NCBI GenBank assembly: GCA_039111475.1 | Contig: JBCCIP010000010.1 | Span: 62,677 to 126,676 of the forward strand | Reading direction: 5' to 3' | Source of the DNA: Pseudomonadota bacterium | GTDB lineage: Bacteria > Pseudomonadota > Gammaproteobacteria > Pseudomonadales > JAUIET01 | Length of the DNA: 64,000 bases | Part shown: piece by piece, positions 46,982 through 55,732 of the stretch | Numbering within the stretch: the first letter of the stretch is position 1 | Layout of the letters: each line of letters begins with the position of its first letter | The notes under the pieces: model-generated | What the model saw: only the letters and a program-made list of their open reading frames with translations | What the model was told of the DNA's origin: nothing | The model's database searches: none | Made by a program: the position numbers and the translations under genes

Positions 46982-48106
46982 TCAGTGTTCCATAGAGCGG
47001 TAATGCGCCATGAAATTCTCCACCATGTTTTGCACGTCGAAGCGTTGAGCGGCGTCTCTCTGCGCTTCGTTACCTATAGTCTTAGCCATTTGCGTATGCA
47101 GCATCAATTGCTCGATATTCTCTGAAAGTTCAAGCGCATTACCGGGGCTGAACATCAAGCCGGTTACATTCTGTTTAACCACTTCGGCATTGCCAGGAAT
47201 GCGGGACACAATTACCGCCAACCCGTTCATCATGGCTTCTACCTAGGTGTTGGATATGCCTTCATCTTCGGACGGTAGAATAAGAAAATCAGAGTGATTC
47301 AATAGGGCATGGATATCAGTGCGTTCGCCAATCATTTGTACATTTGACCGCAAACCCCGACGACCAATTTCTTGTCGAATGTCTTTTTCTTCCGGGCCAG
47401 ACCCGGCGATCAGAAAATGAAAGTCATGATCTTTTTGTTTCAGTATCTCAAGAGCCTGCAAGATCACGGGAACATTCTTCGATTTAACCAAGCGTCCAAC
47501 GAACAGGCCAAGCGGTTTATCCTTGTGCTGAGGGCTACCTTCTATCGGTAAAAGAGACTGATCTTGTTTGACCACGCCGTTGTAGATCGTGGCTAACTTT
47601 GGCGCCAATCCTGGCATTTTTTGCAGCGCATATTCGCTGCCTGAGTGCGAATTTGACACCACTGATTTCGACATATGTGTAATGAAACGTTTCAGCAACC
47701 ACTCAGTTGATGTAAACCACTCATACCTTGCGCGAATAGATGTGTGCAAATTCGTTTTTGGACTGAAGAGGTAAGCAACGCAACACCAAAATTCGGCGGT
47801 AAGCGAAAAACAATGTATATGGTCGAACCGCTCTCGCCAGAGAAATCGGGATATACCCAGTAAGAATAACGGGTCAATCTTGAAGTGCTTTGGAATGTGA
47901 GTTACGCGCACGCCACTGGCATGCAATTCCTCAAGCAAGTAAGAGTGCTTTCGAAAGTACAACAGATGTGGCTCAAATTGCCGCCTGTCTATATTTTTTA
48001 CCAGATTGACAATCTGCCGCTGAGAGCCTCCAACCTCCATCTCATCGCAAACAACGAGTAGTTTTTTCTTTGCGCGCGTGGGCAGCGCATTGTCTACGGA
48101 TTTCAT
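46982..48106 (-). pseudogene. GT4 (GT-B fold, family-1-like) glycosyltransferase interrupted by a single in-frame TAG at 47243-47245.
   Basis: The two adjacent ORFs are in the same frame. The sequence reads ...LPSEDEGISNT-TAG-VEAMMNGLAVIVSRIPGNAEVV, which matches the canonical GT4 PSxxEG...EAM core. The TAG sits where Leu, Val or Ile is normally found. Confidence 0.7.
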
Positions 48107-48664
48107 CAGACTGCGGTCTCAATATTTCAAGGCAACGTTGCTGTGGCAACATAGTGGGCCGTTTGTAAAACTACAGAATACGTCGTCAATAGCCGTGCAA
48201 GCTAGACCGCTCAGCGAAGTGTTATGCAGTTTAACATTTGACCAATCTCTCACGTATTTGTTCAATCTCAACATGATATTCATGAGGCGAAACTACGTGA
48301 GCGATGCTTCAGTGACAACTGCACAGGGACCGGTGGCGATTTATCGATACTCAGCGCATAGGGTGAACGGTCGGGGATACAGTCGCTATTGTTTCGGCTC
48401 GCAGAGTGACGAGAAAATTTACAATTTTATGGGTGGTGCATGCGACTATGTTCTAAAACCAGCAATGCGGCGATTGCCTAAACAGTGGGATTTTTGACGT
48501 CCGTTCATCGAACTAATCTCTAGAGTGAGAGTAAGCGGACGCCTTGCAGACCGGCGCGGGGCTGGCCAGAATTGACGGCTTGTTGCTTAGCCTTAGTTTG
48601 AACGTTTGTCGACGTAGGAGCGCCTATATACTTGGAGTATTACTGCATACTTTAGTGGAAAGCA

Positions 48665-49630
48665 TCATTCGTAAAACTGCGAAAACCATTTTCGATGTTT
48701 TGCTATCGGTCCATCACCATCACAGAGAACCGGGTTCGCCTGATATTTCTTTTCCTGCCAAATCGGTATATCCGCCAAGACCCCTTCGGGATAGGACTGC
48801 AACATGGTTTTGCCCATATCGTCTTCTGCCAGATCGTTGGTAACGGTCATGCTCCAGCGCAGAAGCGTACGGTCTTCTTCCACGGGCGTTGAAACGCTGT
48901 ACAGAAGAAACTCACCCATCACGCCAGGTTTTACACCAACAATATTTTTTGACCACACGCTGACATGTCCCGGCCCATGTGACTCCCTGAACGACATGTA
49001 TTCGGTGCCTTCTTCTACCTCACCAACTGACATTTCTTCGCGGGTTTGAAACGCCTGTGTGGTTTTCTTGATGGGACCGTCAATAATGGATTCAGCCTCC
49101 GTGAAACTTGGCATACCATGCAAGTAGGGAAAATGCGCTGTATCAACATCATTTTCCGAAATTTCTTGTACGCAGGTCGGTAAGTCATGTACCAGAAACT
49201 CGGCAGGAATCCAGCCTTCGGCAGCACCATTGAAAGGAGCCAGTTCGGGCACTTCGAAATACGGTGGCTTTCCCTCGCGATCGTGCCAAGCCATGATCAT
49301 GCCATTCACCTCGCGTACATGAATGCTTTCAATCACTGCTCGCTCAGGTATTTTCTTCGCATACGGAATATGTTCGCATTGGCCATCGCCATTCCACTGC
49401 CAGTGATGAAACGGGCAGCGAAGTGTTTCACCAATTACACAGCCTTGACTAAGCGGAGCGCCGAGATGTGGGCAGTAGTTATCAAGCGCAGCTGCTTTGC
49501 CCGACTCAGTTCTAAATGCAACAAGGTCGCGACCACAAAAGCGCACTTTTTTGACCTCGCCTTTTTGTAACTCGTGGGCGAAGCACAGGCCAAACCAGCC
49601 GTGGGGCAATGGGAAGGGGAATTTACTCAT
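48665..49630 (-). CDS. Rieske [2Fe-2S] non-heme iron oxygenase, small alpha-subunit type (VanA/PDO-like).
   Basis: Rieske ligands CPHLGAPL...CPFHHW and mononuclear-iron motif D-x2-H-x4-H (DTAHFPYLH). Confidence 0.8.
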   Translation of the reverse strand: MSKFPFPLPHGWFGLCFAHELQKGEVKKVRFCGRDLVAFRTESGKAAALDNYCPHLGAPLSQGCVIGETLRCPFHHWQWNGDGQCEHIPYAKKIPERAVIESIHVREVNGMIMAWHDREGKPPYFEVPELAPFNGAAEGWIPAEFLVHDLPTCVQEISENDVDTAHFPYLHGMPSFTEAESIIDGPIKKTTQAFQTREEMSVGEVEEGTEYMSFRESHGPGHVSVWSKNIVGVKPGVMGEFLLYSVSTPVEEDRTLLRWSMTVTNDLAEDDMGKTMLQSYPEGVLADIPIWQEKKYQANPVLCDGDGPIAKHRKWFSQFYE

Positions 49631-49911
49631 AGACAGTAAAACGATGTGGTTGTGGATTCATTTCTCAATAGTACCTTGTTGGCCGTAGGCATGTATTTCA
49701 ATTCGTATATGTGGGCAAGACTTGAGCCAATCCTACGTTGCTAATCAGCGCTGCAAGAAAACAGACATTGAACGCGGCGCCAACGCAGCTCCGCAGTTGC
49801 GACGAACTACACCTTTGCTGCGGTAACTGACATTGCGCGTTGCTTTCGCGGCATTGTAGTGTGCTAGTGCCACGACACAGAGGTACTAGTTCGCAGCTAA
49901 TGTACACGCTA

Positions 49912-50379
49912 ATGATCTCACTACTTATAAATGAAAAGCCGGTAACACTTGAATTGGAGCCCAACATGCCGTTGCTGTGGGCCTTGAGGGAGCACCTCAA
50001 CTTAACCGGGGTAAAGTTTGGCTGCGGAATAGGCCAGTGCGGTTCATGCACAGTGCACGTTAATGGCGTGGCACAACGAAGCTGCGTAACACCTGTGGCA
50101 TCTGTTGCGGGTAAGCGTGTTACCACGATCGAAGGTTTGGCGGCGTCAGAGCAACAATTGCATCCCGTGCAGCAGGCGTGGATGGCCAATGATGTGCCGC
50201 AGTGCGGCTACTGCCAGGCAGGGCAAATAATGGCCGCCGCGCATTTTCTGCAGAATTTTCCGGAACCCACTGATGAAGACATTGACACCCACATGACCAA
50301 TATTTGTCGCTGTGGGACTTACGTGCGCATTCGAAAAGCAATTCATGACGCAGCACAATTAATTGCCAAGGAGTCTTGA
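49912..50379 (+). CDS. (2Fe-2S)-binding small subunit of a xanthine dehydrogenase / aldehyde oxidoreductase-family molybdoenzyme (IorA-like).
   Basis: Two cluster motifs ([11 protein letters not shown] and CGYCQAG...CRCGTY). The start is uncertain (49900 or 49912). Overlaps the large-subunit start. Confidence 0.8.
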   Translation: MISLLINEKPVTLELEPNMPLLWALREHLNLTGVKFGCGIGQCGSCTVHVNGVAQRSCVTPVASVAGKRVTTIEGLAASEQQLHPVQQAWMANDVPQCGYCQAGQIMAAAHFLQNFPEPTDEDIDTHMTNICRCGTYVRIRKAIHDAAQLIAKES

Positions 50380-52652
50380 ATATGTCTTCGTTATCCAGCT
50401 CCCAACTTTCCAGTTCCAGACTGCGCCGCCGGCAATTTCTGATAGCCGGTGCTGGATTGTCGGGCTCGTTTGTTCTGGGGTTGCCGATGCACTTATTGGC
50501 AAAGCCAAGCCAGGACGCGGAACCCGTTGATGCCCATGGAACACTGGGCTTCTTTATCGAAATTGACAGCGAAGGTGTGATTACAATTGGCAGTAATCAG
50601 CCAGAAATTGGACAGGGTGTGAGAACCGCTCTGCCAATGCTGGTTGCCGAAGAGCTGGATGCCGACTGGAAAAACGTACGTGTGACGCAAATGCCGCTGG
50701 GCATTGTCAAAACGGCTGATGGCTTCGCCTGGAAATATGGTGGCCAGGGCGTTGGTGGCAGCACCGGCCTGACCAGCAATTGGGAGTTTATGCGCCAGGT
50801 CGGCGCGCAAGCACGTGCTCAACTGATGTCGGCAGCAGCCCAGCGCTGGAATGTGCCAATACAGGAATGCGGTACTCGCCCAGGTTATGTGATTCACCAA
50901 GGTGGCCAGCGAGAGCTAAGCTATGGTCAACTTGTCGGAACGGCCGCGCGGTTGCGACTACCGGGTGAGACCGCGCCGCTAAAAAAACATCAAGACTATC
51001 GAATTATTGGTAAACCAACGGCCAGCGTTGATACGAAAGACGTTGTAACGGGAACCGCTATCTATGGCATAGACAGTGCTGTCGAAGGAATGCGCTACGC
51101 TGTTGTTGCGCGTTCTCCAGTTTTGAATGGGCGAGTGAAAGCATTTGATGCCAAAGATGCGTTGAAGATTCCAGGTGTTTTGCAGGTCTTTCGATTGGAA
51201 GGCCCTAAGCCAGGCGACCCTTACCGGATTCTGGCGGATGGCGTGGCGGTGGTGGCAACATCAACGTGGACGGCCATGAAAGCCCGGGAGGCATTGCGCA
51301 TTGAGTGGGCTTCAAACCCCAATGCAAACGACAACAGCACCGATTTCTGGCAAGACAATCAGCAGATGTTAAAGGCGAAAGGACAAGTAGTTTTGGAGGA
51401 CGGCGATTTTGATCTAGCCGTGTCGAATGCTGCACGTCGTATGGTTCGCCAATACAAAGTGCCGTTTGTATCTCACGCGCCATTGGAGCCACAGAACTGT
51501 ATTGTTCATGTAAAAGAAAACTCCGCGCACGTGATTGCGCCAACCCAAATGCCCAGCGGCGCATCTCGCGCCGTGAACGCAGTGACTGGCATAGAGCGTG
51601 AACACATTAGTGTTGAGATGACCAAGGTGGGTGGCGGCTTCGGTCGCCGCCTGAGCAATGATTACGTCGCGGAAGCGGCCATGATTTCACAGCAAAGCGG
51701 CCTGCCAATCAAGCTGCAGTGGAGCCGTGAAGACGACATCAAAAATGACTTCTATCGGCCCGCCGGTTTGCACGAAATGCAGGCGGGTTTAGATGCACGT
51801 GGCCGGGTCATTGCCTGGGCGCAGCGACTGGCAAGCGCGAGCAAATATTACCGGCGACCCAACATGCCCGATGAGAATCTTTGGGAAGCAGAACTCTATG
51901 TTGATGACTTCCCAAGAAGGCGAGTTGAGAACGTACGGCTGGAATATTTTCACAACGCTATTGGCCTGCCACGTGGCTCCTGGCGCGCACCAGCGCACAC
52001 AGCCAATGCCTTTGTTGTGCAAAGCTTTATCGATGAAATTGCGCACGCGAGCGGGCAAGATCCACTGCAACTGCAGCTGGATCTGTTAGGCAAAGAGGAG
52101 GATCTGGAGTACTCAAATCATGGCGGCCCGGTATTTAATCCAGGCCGGCTCGCCAAACTTTTGAAGTTTGTTGCCCAGCAAATTGACTATAAGCGGAGCA
52201 GACCGGAAGGCGTTGGTGTAGGACTGGCAAGCCATTTCACCTTTGGTGGCTATGCGGCGCACGCAATAGAAGTGTCGGTAAACAACGCAGGTCGATTGAC
52301 TATTGAGAAAATTGTTGCAGCCATTGATTGCGGGCTGGTGGTTAATCCACAGTCCGTCAGGGCTCAACTGGAAGGCGGCACCATCGATGGCATTAGCACT
52401 GCGTTGGGTCTGGAGATTACTGTCAAGGATGGTCAGGTGCAGCAAAGCAATTTCCATGACTACCCATTAATGCGGATTGCACAAGTGCCTGAACAATTTG
52501 AGACACACATTCTGCCTTATGACGACGTGCCGACAGGCGTGGGAGAAATGGGCATACCGTCTGCAGCCCCTGCGCTTACCAATGCAATCTTTGCGGCCAG
52601 TGGTCAGCGAATTAGAGCGCTACCTATTAAGGATCAGCTGAAAAAGTCTTGA
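50376..52652 (+). CDS. Molybdopterin-binding large subunit of an IorB-like aldehyde oxidoreductase or isoquinoline 1-oxidoreductase, Tat-exported.
   Basis: Twin-arginine signal [14 protein letters not shown], a length of about 758 aa and family-typical sequence character. Confidence 0.85.
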   Translation: MNMSSLSSSQLSSSRLRRRQFLIAGAGLSGSFVLGLPMHLLAKPSQDAEPVDAHGTLGFFIEIDSEGVITIGSNQPEIGQGVRTALPMLVAEELDADWKNVRVTQMPLGIVKTADGFAWKYGGQGVGGSTGLTSNWEFMRQVGAQARAQLMSAAAQRWNVPIQECGTRPGYVIHQGGQRELSYGQLVGTAARLRLPGETAPLKKHQDYRIIGKPTASVDTKDVVTGTAIYGIDSAVEGMRYAVVARSPVLNGRVKAFDAKDALKIPGVLQVFRLEGPKPGDPYRILADGVAVVATSTWTAMKAREALRIEWASNPNANDNSTDFWQDNQQMLKAKGQVVLEDGDFDLAVSNAARRMVRQYKVPFVSHAPLEPQNCIVHVKENSAHVIAPTQMPSGASRAVNAVTGIEREHISVEMTKVGGGFGRRLSNDYVAEAAMISQQSGLPIKLQWSREDDIKNDFYRPAGLHEMQAGLDARGRVIAWAQRLASASKYYRRPNMPDENLWEAELYVDDFPRRRVENVRLEYFHNAIGLPRGSWRAPAHTANAFVVQSFIDEIAHASGQDPLQLQLDLLGKEEDLEYSNHGGPVFNPGRLAKLLKFVAQQIDYKRSRPEGVGVGLASHFTFGGYAAHAIEVSVNNAGRLTIEKIVAAIDCGLVVNPQSVRAQLEGGTIDGISTALGLEITVKDGQVQQSNFHDYPLMRIAQVPEQFETHILPYDDVPTGVGEMGIPSAAPALTNAIFAASGQRIRALPIKDQLKKS

Positions 52653-52658
52653 AGCTCC

Positions 52659-53354
52659 CTAGCTACCAGCATCTTGCAAAATACCTTCTCCTTTCACGAA
52701 CCATGAAACACCAAAAGCGACAATAGCTAACGCTTCCAACCAAAACACGAACTCAAGCTCATTCTGCCAATCCAATTGAACAAGCGCATATTGAACACCA
52801 ATCAGCACAACAGAGCTGACAATCGCATAACCACACACGGTGTACACTTTGTTGCGTTTGATTTTCGCTGCCGTAGGTTCTTGATCCGGACTGAATTTCT
52901 TGAACAGCACCAGGCAAAAATAGGCTAGGGCAAAGAAGAAAAACGCGGCAAACGTCGCGTGCAATAGATCGCAGACTATTTGAGTCGGCGTTAAGGTTTC
53001 TAATTCGGGTGCTACCGGAAACAAAGCAACCCCAATCGCGCTAATGCCGGCAACATCGCCCGCTAGATTGTCTCGCCAGTCCCACCCTTGATACGTCATC
53101 AGAAAAACGGCTATCGCAAACAAGCTGCCTACAAACACGTCACCCATACGGGTGTAGTAGTAGGCGCTCATGGTTTTCTCTATGCCTTCTGCACCGAGTA
53201 ATAGATTGCCTATCGCCAGTACGAAGGGCAGAGAGATGCCTATTACGCCGACTATGCGTCGGAGAGATAAATAGGAGATAACCATGGAGGTGCTAGGCAT
53301 TTGCAGGGATCGTATGCATTGTCGGCTGGCGAGTATAAATGAAGTCTGTACCAC
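52659..53354 (-). CDS. Hypothetical integral membrane protein.
   Basis: Five or six hydrophobic helices with no recognisable motif. The start is uncertain. Confidence 0.45.
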   Translation of the reverse strand: MVQTSFILASRQCIRSLQMPSTSMVISYLSLRRIVGVIGISLPFVLAIGNLLLGAEGIEKTMSAYYYTRMGDVFVGSLFAIAVFLMTYQGWDWRDNLAGDVAGISAIGVALFPVAPELETLTPTQIVCDLLHATFAAFFFFALAYFCLVLFKKFSPDQEPTAAKIKRNKVYTVCGYAIVSSVVLIGVQYALVQLDWQNELEFVFWLEALAIVAFGVSWFVKGEGILQDAGS

Positions 53355-53481
53355 AGTTGTGGGAGCGGTGGCTCAAAGTCAGGCCTGCGGATGCTCAAAA
53401 TTGCAAAAATCATGGTTTTTCTGTCACCACTGGTCTGAATCTGGATGTTAATTGAGGCCATTCATTCAATAAGTTCTTTAA

Positions 53482-53551
53482 TTACAGTAGGTTACAGAAA
53501 TTACAGTTTCAGTTATTGTTACATGTAATAATTTGATATATCACATGTAAG
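53482..53551. promoter_or_regulatory. AT-rich control region. Three TTACAG repeats phased at about 10 bp, then the perfect palindrome TTACATGTAA and a second ACATGTAA copy 23 bp downstream.
   Basis: Read directly. Immediately upstream of the pspA-like operon. Confidence 0.4.
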
Positions 53552-53567
53552 TTGTTAGGATATGTGC

Positions 53568-54188
53568 ATGGAAAAGAAAACATCAGCCCACTATCAGCGC
53601 GAGTTCCGAAGAAGGCTCAGAGAACAAGGACTGATAAAGAAAGAGGTCTGGATTCACCCTGAACGTGCTTCACAGCTTAGGGAGATCGAGAAACGACTGA
53701 GATTTAGTGGCGAAAACGTATTAACGGACGGAGAAAATAGCATGACGAGTAGAACCAACGGCACATGGCATACAACGGATCTTTACACTGAGATTGAGAA
53801 GTCGGAGCTGATCAGTTCTGGCGCCGCGAGCGTCGAACTTATAGAAGGCGTGGATCCCAGTATTCATCTCGAGATGCGCGACTACGGCGACCTGCCTATT
53901 TTTGTCACGGTTGCCGGCGAGCAAATAACGGCCGACGCTGTTTTATGGCCGAAATCAGCCGTTTCAAATGCAGCGGGCTTTAATGACGCAGTACTGCGAA
54001 CACACAAGTACTTCCCGTTATCCACGATCAGTTTGGAAACGGTGAATGGCGAAGATTATTACTACATGTTTGGCGCATTGAGCGCGGCATCGGGTCTGGA
54101 TGACGTGCTGGTAGAAATAGACGCGCTGGCTTCAAACGTAATTAACGCGACTGAAGCTTATGGCGAGTTTCTGAAGTTTGATTCGTAG
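53568..54188 (+). CDS. Hypothetical protein with a basic N-terminal extension and a C-terminal domain resembling YjfI/DUF2170 (assigned by gene-order analogy).
   Basis: It is the first gene of the operon directly preceding a PspA/YjfJ-like gene, as in E. coli yjfI-yjfJ. N-terminus KKTSAHYQREFRRRLREQGL. ATG at 53568 has an AGGA Shine-Dalgarno. Confidence 0.45.
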   Translation: MEKKTSAHYQREFRRRLREQGLIKKEVWIHPERASQLREIEKRLRFSGENVLTDGENSMTSRTNGTWHTTDLYTEIEKSELISSGAASVELIEGVDPSIHLEMRDYGDLPIFVTVAGEQITADAVLWPKSAVSNAAGFNDAVLRTHKYFPLSTISLETVNGEDYYYMFGALSAASGLDDVLVEIDALASNVINATEAYGEFLKFDS

Positions 54189-54223
54189 TTAGATACACAT
54201 ACGCATATCCAAAGGAGAGAGTT

Positions 54224-54937
54224 ATGAATATTTGGGCAAAGATGATCACAGCACTTCGCGGAGGTGTTAATGAAGCCGGAGAGGCGATAGTTGACACTCA
54301 AGCACTGCGAATACTTGATCAAGAAGTGCGCGACGCAGCTGAAGAGCTGAAGCAATCGAAAGACGGTTTGGCTAACATTATTGCACAGCAAAAATTGGCG
54401 GAGGAGAAGGTCGCTAAGTTAGAGAGTGAGATAAAAGCTCATGAAGGCTATGCTGTGAAAGCACTTGAGAAGGGCGATGAAGTGCTTGCGTTAGAAGTTG
54501 CCGAAAAAATCGCCAATATGGAAGTTAGTTTGGCGACGGAACGGAATTCTGCCAATGAGTTTGCGGCCAGCGCTGCTAAACTTAAGTCAGCTATCAAGCA
54601 TGCTGAAAGTAATATAAGGCGTTTGAAGCAGCAGGTTGATACAGTTCGTGCCACCGAGAGCGTACAGCGCGCCCAAGCGGCAGTGTCAGAACGGCACAGC
54701 GGTTCAAACTCAAAAATGCGCACTGCCATGGATTCCCTTGAAAGAATCAAGGAAAAACAGGCCCTGAATGAGGCAAAAATGAACGCCGCAGAAGAGCTAA
54801 GCGAAGAGCTTGGGGAAGAATCTTTACAGGCAAAATTGGCGGAAGCGGGAATTACTGGGTCTGAGCGAAGTGCCGAAGACATTTTGGCAAAATTGAAGCC
54901 AAAGGTGAAAAAGGCAACGACTAAGCGTAGCAAATAG
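54224..54937 (+). CDS. PspA/IM30/Vipp1 family protein (YjfJ-like), a member of the ESCRT-III superfamily.
   Basis: All-helical, coiled-coil-rich protein of 237 aa. N-terminus MNIWAKMITALRGGVNEAGEAIVDTQALRILDQEV matches the PspA-family amphipathic helix and core. GGAGAGAG Shine-Dalgarno. Confidence 0.8.
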   Translation: MNIWAKMITALRGGVNEAGEAIVDTQALRILDQEVRDAAEELKQSKDGLANIIAQQKLAEEKVAKLESEIKAHEGYAVKALEKGDEVLALEVAEKIANMEVSLATERNSANEFAASAAKLKSAIKHAESNIRRLKQQVDTVRATESVQRAQAAVSERHSGSNSKMRTAMDSLERIKEKQALNEAKMNAAEELSEELGEESLQAKLAEAGITGSERSAEDILAKLKPKVKKATTKRSK

Positions 54938-54974
54938 AATCTCGGCAACAATAGGCTAGAGGAGAGGGAGAAAG

Positions 54975-55679
54975 ATGTTCGCAATTCTGTTAAGTGACAA
55001 GATGAATCCGTTCTACGAGAACATTGCGTCCTTTCCTACCGTTGTATTCACGTTTCTTCTGGTGCTGTGCACGCTCTATTGGCTTACTGCCATATTGGGA
55101 TTAGTCAGCGTCGACATGCTTGATTTTGATCTGCCCGAAATGGCCGGCCTCGAAGATCTAAATGCTGACGTTGATTCTACCAATCCTGATGTGCTTGCGG
55201 GTTTGATGTTGCGATATGGCCTACACGGTGTACCAGTAACCATCATAGTCAGCTTGTTAGCCATGATTGGCTGGATCGTTTGTTATTACCTGGTGCACTT
55301 CGGCTTCAGTTACACTCCCGATTGGATATCAGATAGCTTTGTTCGTTATCTGGTCGGAATACCGATATTCCTCGTTTCGCTCTACCTGGCTGTGCTTGCC
55401 ACCGCTGTGCTTATAAAACCGCTTCGACCGTTCTTTCTTCGGGCAACGCAAGAAACCACAAAATATGTGATAGGTCAGACGGCGGTAGTTCGAACTTCCA
55501 GAGTGGACAACGGATTCGGTGAGGCGCTGTTGGATGACGGTGGTGCCGGGTTGATTCTGAAAGTGCGTTGCACAGATGGGGAAACGTTTGAGAAGGGAGA
55601 TCGTGTAGTGCTGATCGACCAAATTGAAGGTACCGATTTTTATCGAGTGATCTCTGAAGCAGAATTCACTGATTCCTAG
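54975..55679 (+). CDS. YqiJ/DUF1449-like inner membrane protein with a C-terminal NfeD-like OB-fold.
   Basis: N-terminal TM helices, then a soluble C-terminus (GQTAVVRTSRVDNGFGEALLDDGGAGLILKVRCTDGETFEKGDRVVLIDQIEG) typical of short NfeD proteins, which partner with SPFH proteins. Confidence 0.65.
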   Translation: MFAILLSDKMNPFYENIASFPTVVFTFLLVLCTLYWLTAILGLVSVDMLDFDLPEMAGLEDLNADVDSTNPDVLAGLMLRYGLHGVPVTIIVSLLAMIGWIVCYYLVHFGFSYTPDWISDSFVRYLVGIPIFLVSLYLAVLATAVLIKPLRPFFLRATQETTKYVIGQTAVVRTSRVDNGFGEALLDDGGAGLILKVRCTDGETFEKGDRVVLIDQIEGTDFYRVISEAEFTDS

Positions 55680-55732
55680 CGAGTGCTGGTAGCTCGTTAC
55701 AAACAAAAAGGACACTAACTAAGGAAAATACT

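Noticed and set aside
47243-47245. Amber codon as a pyrrolysine site, given an MttB homolog 6 kb away.
   Set aside because: There are no pylT or pylSBCD genes in the window. The MttB homolog itself has no UAG. The stop sits at a position normally occupied by a hydrophobic residue in GT4 enzymes, so a nonsense mutation or sequencing error is more likely.
48078-48497. 139-aa ORF in the gap between the glycosyltransferase and Rieske genes.
   Set aside because: It has no Shine-Dalgarno, its composition is atypical (no recognisable domain and many rare dipeptides), and it overlaps a likely promoter region. It was treated as non-coding.
53381-53410. Possible sigma-54 (-24/-12) promoter for the pspA-like operon (ggatgc...ttgca).
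   Set aside because: The GG and GC elements are spaced by 12 nt rather than the canonical 10, and no PspF-like enhancer-binding protein gene is present. It was not called.
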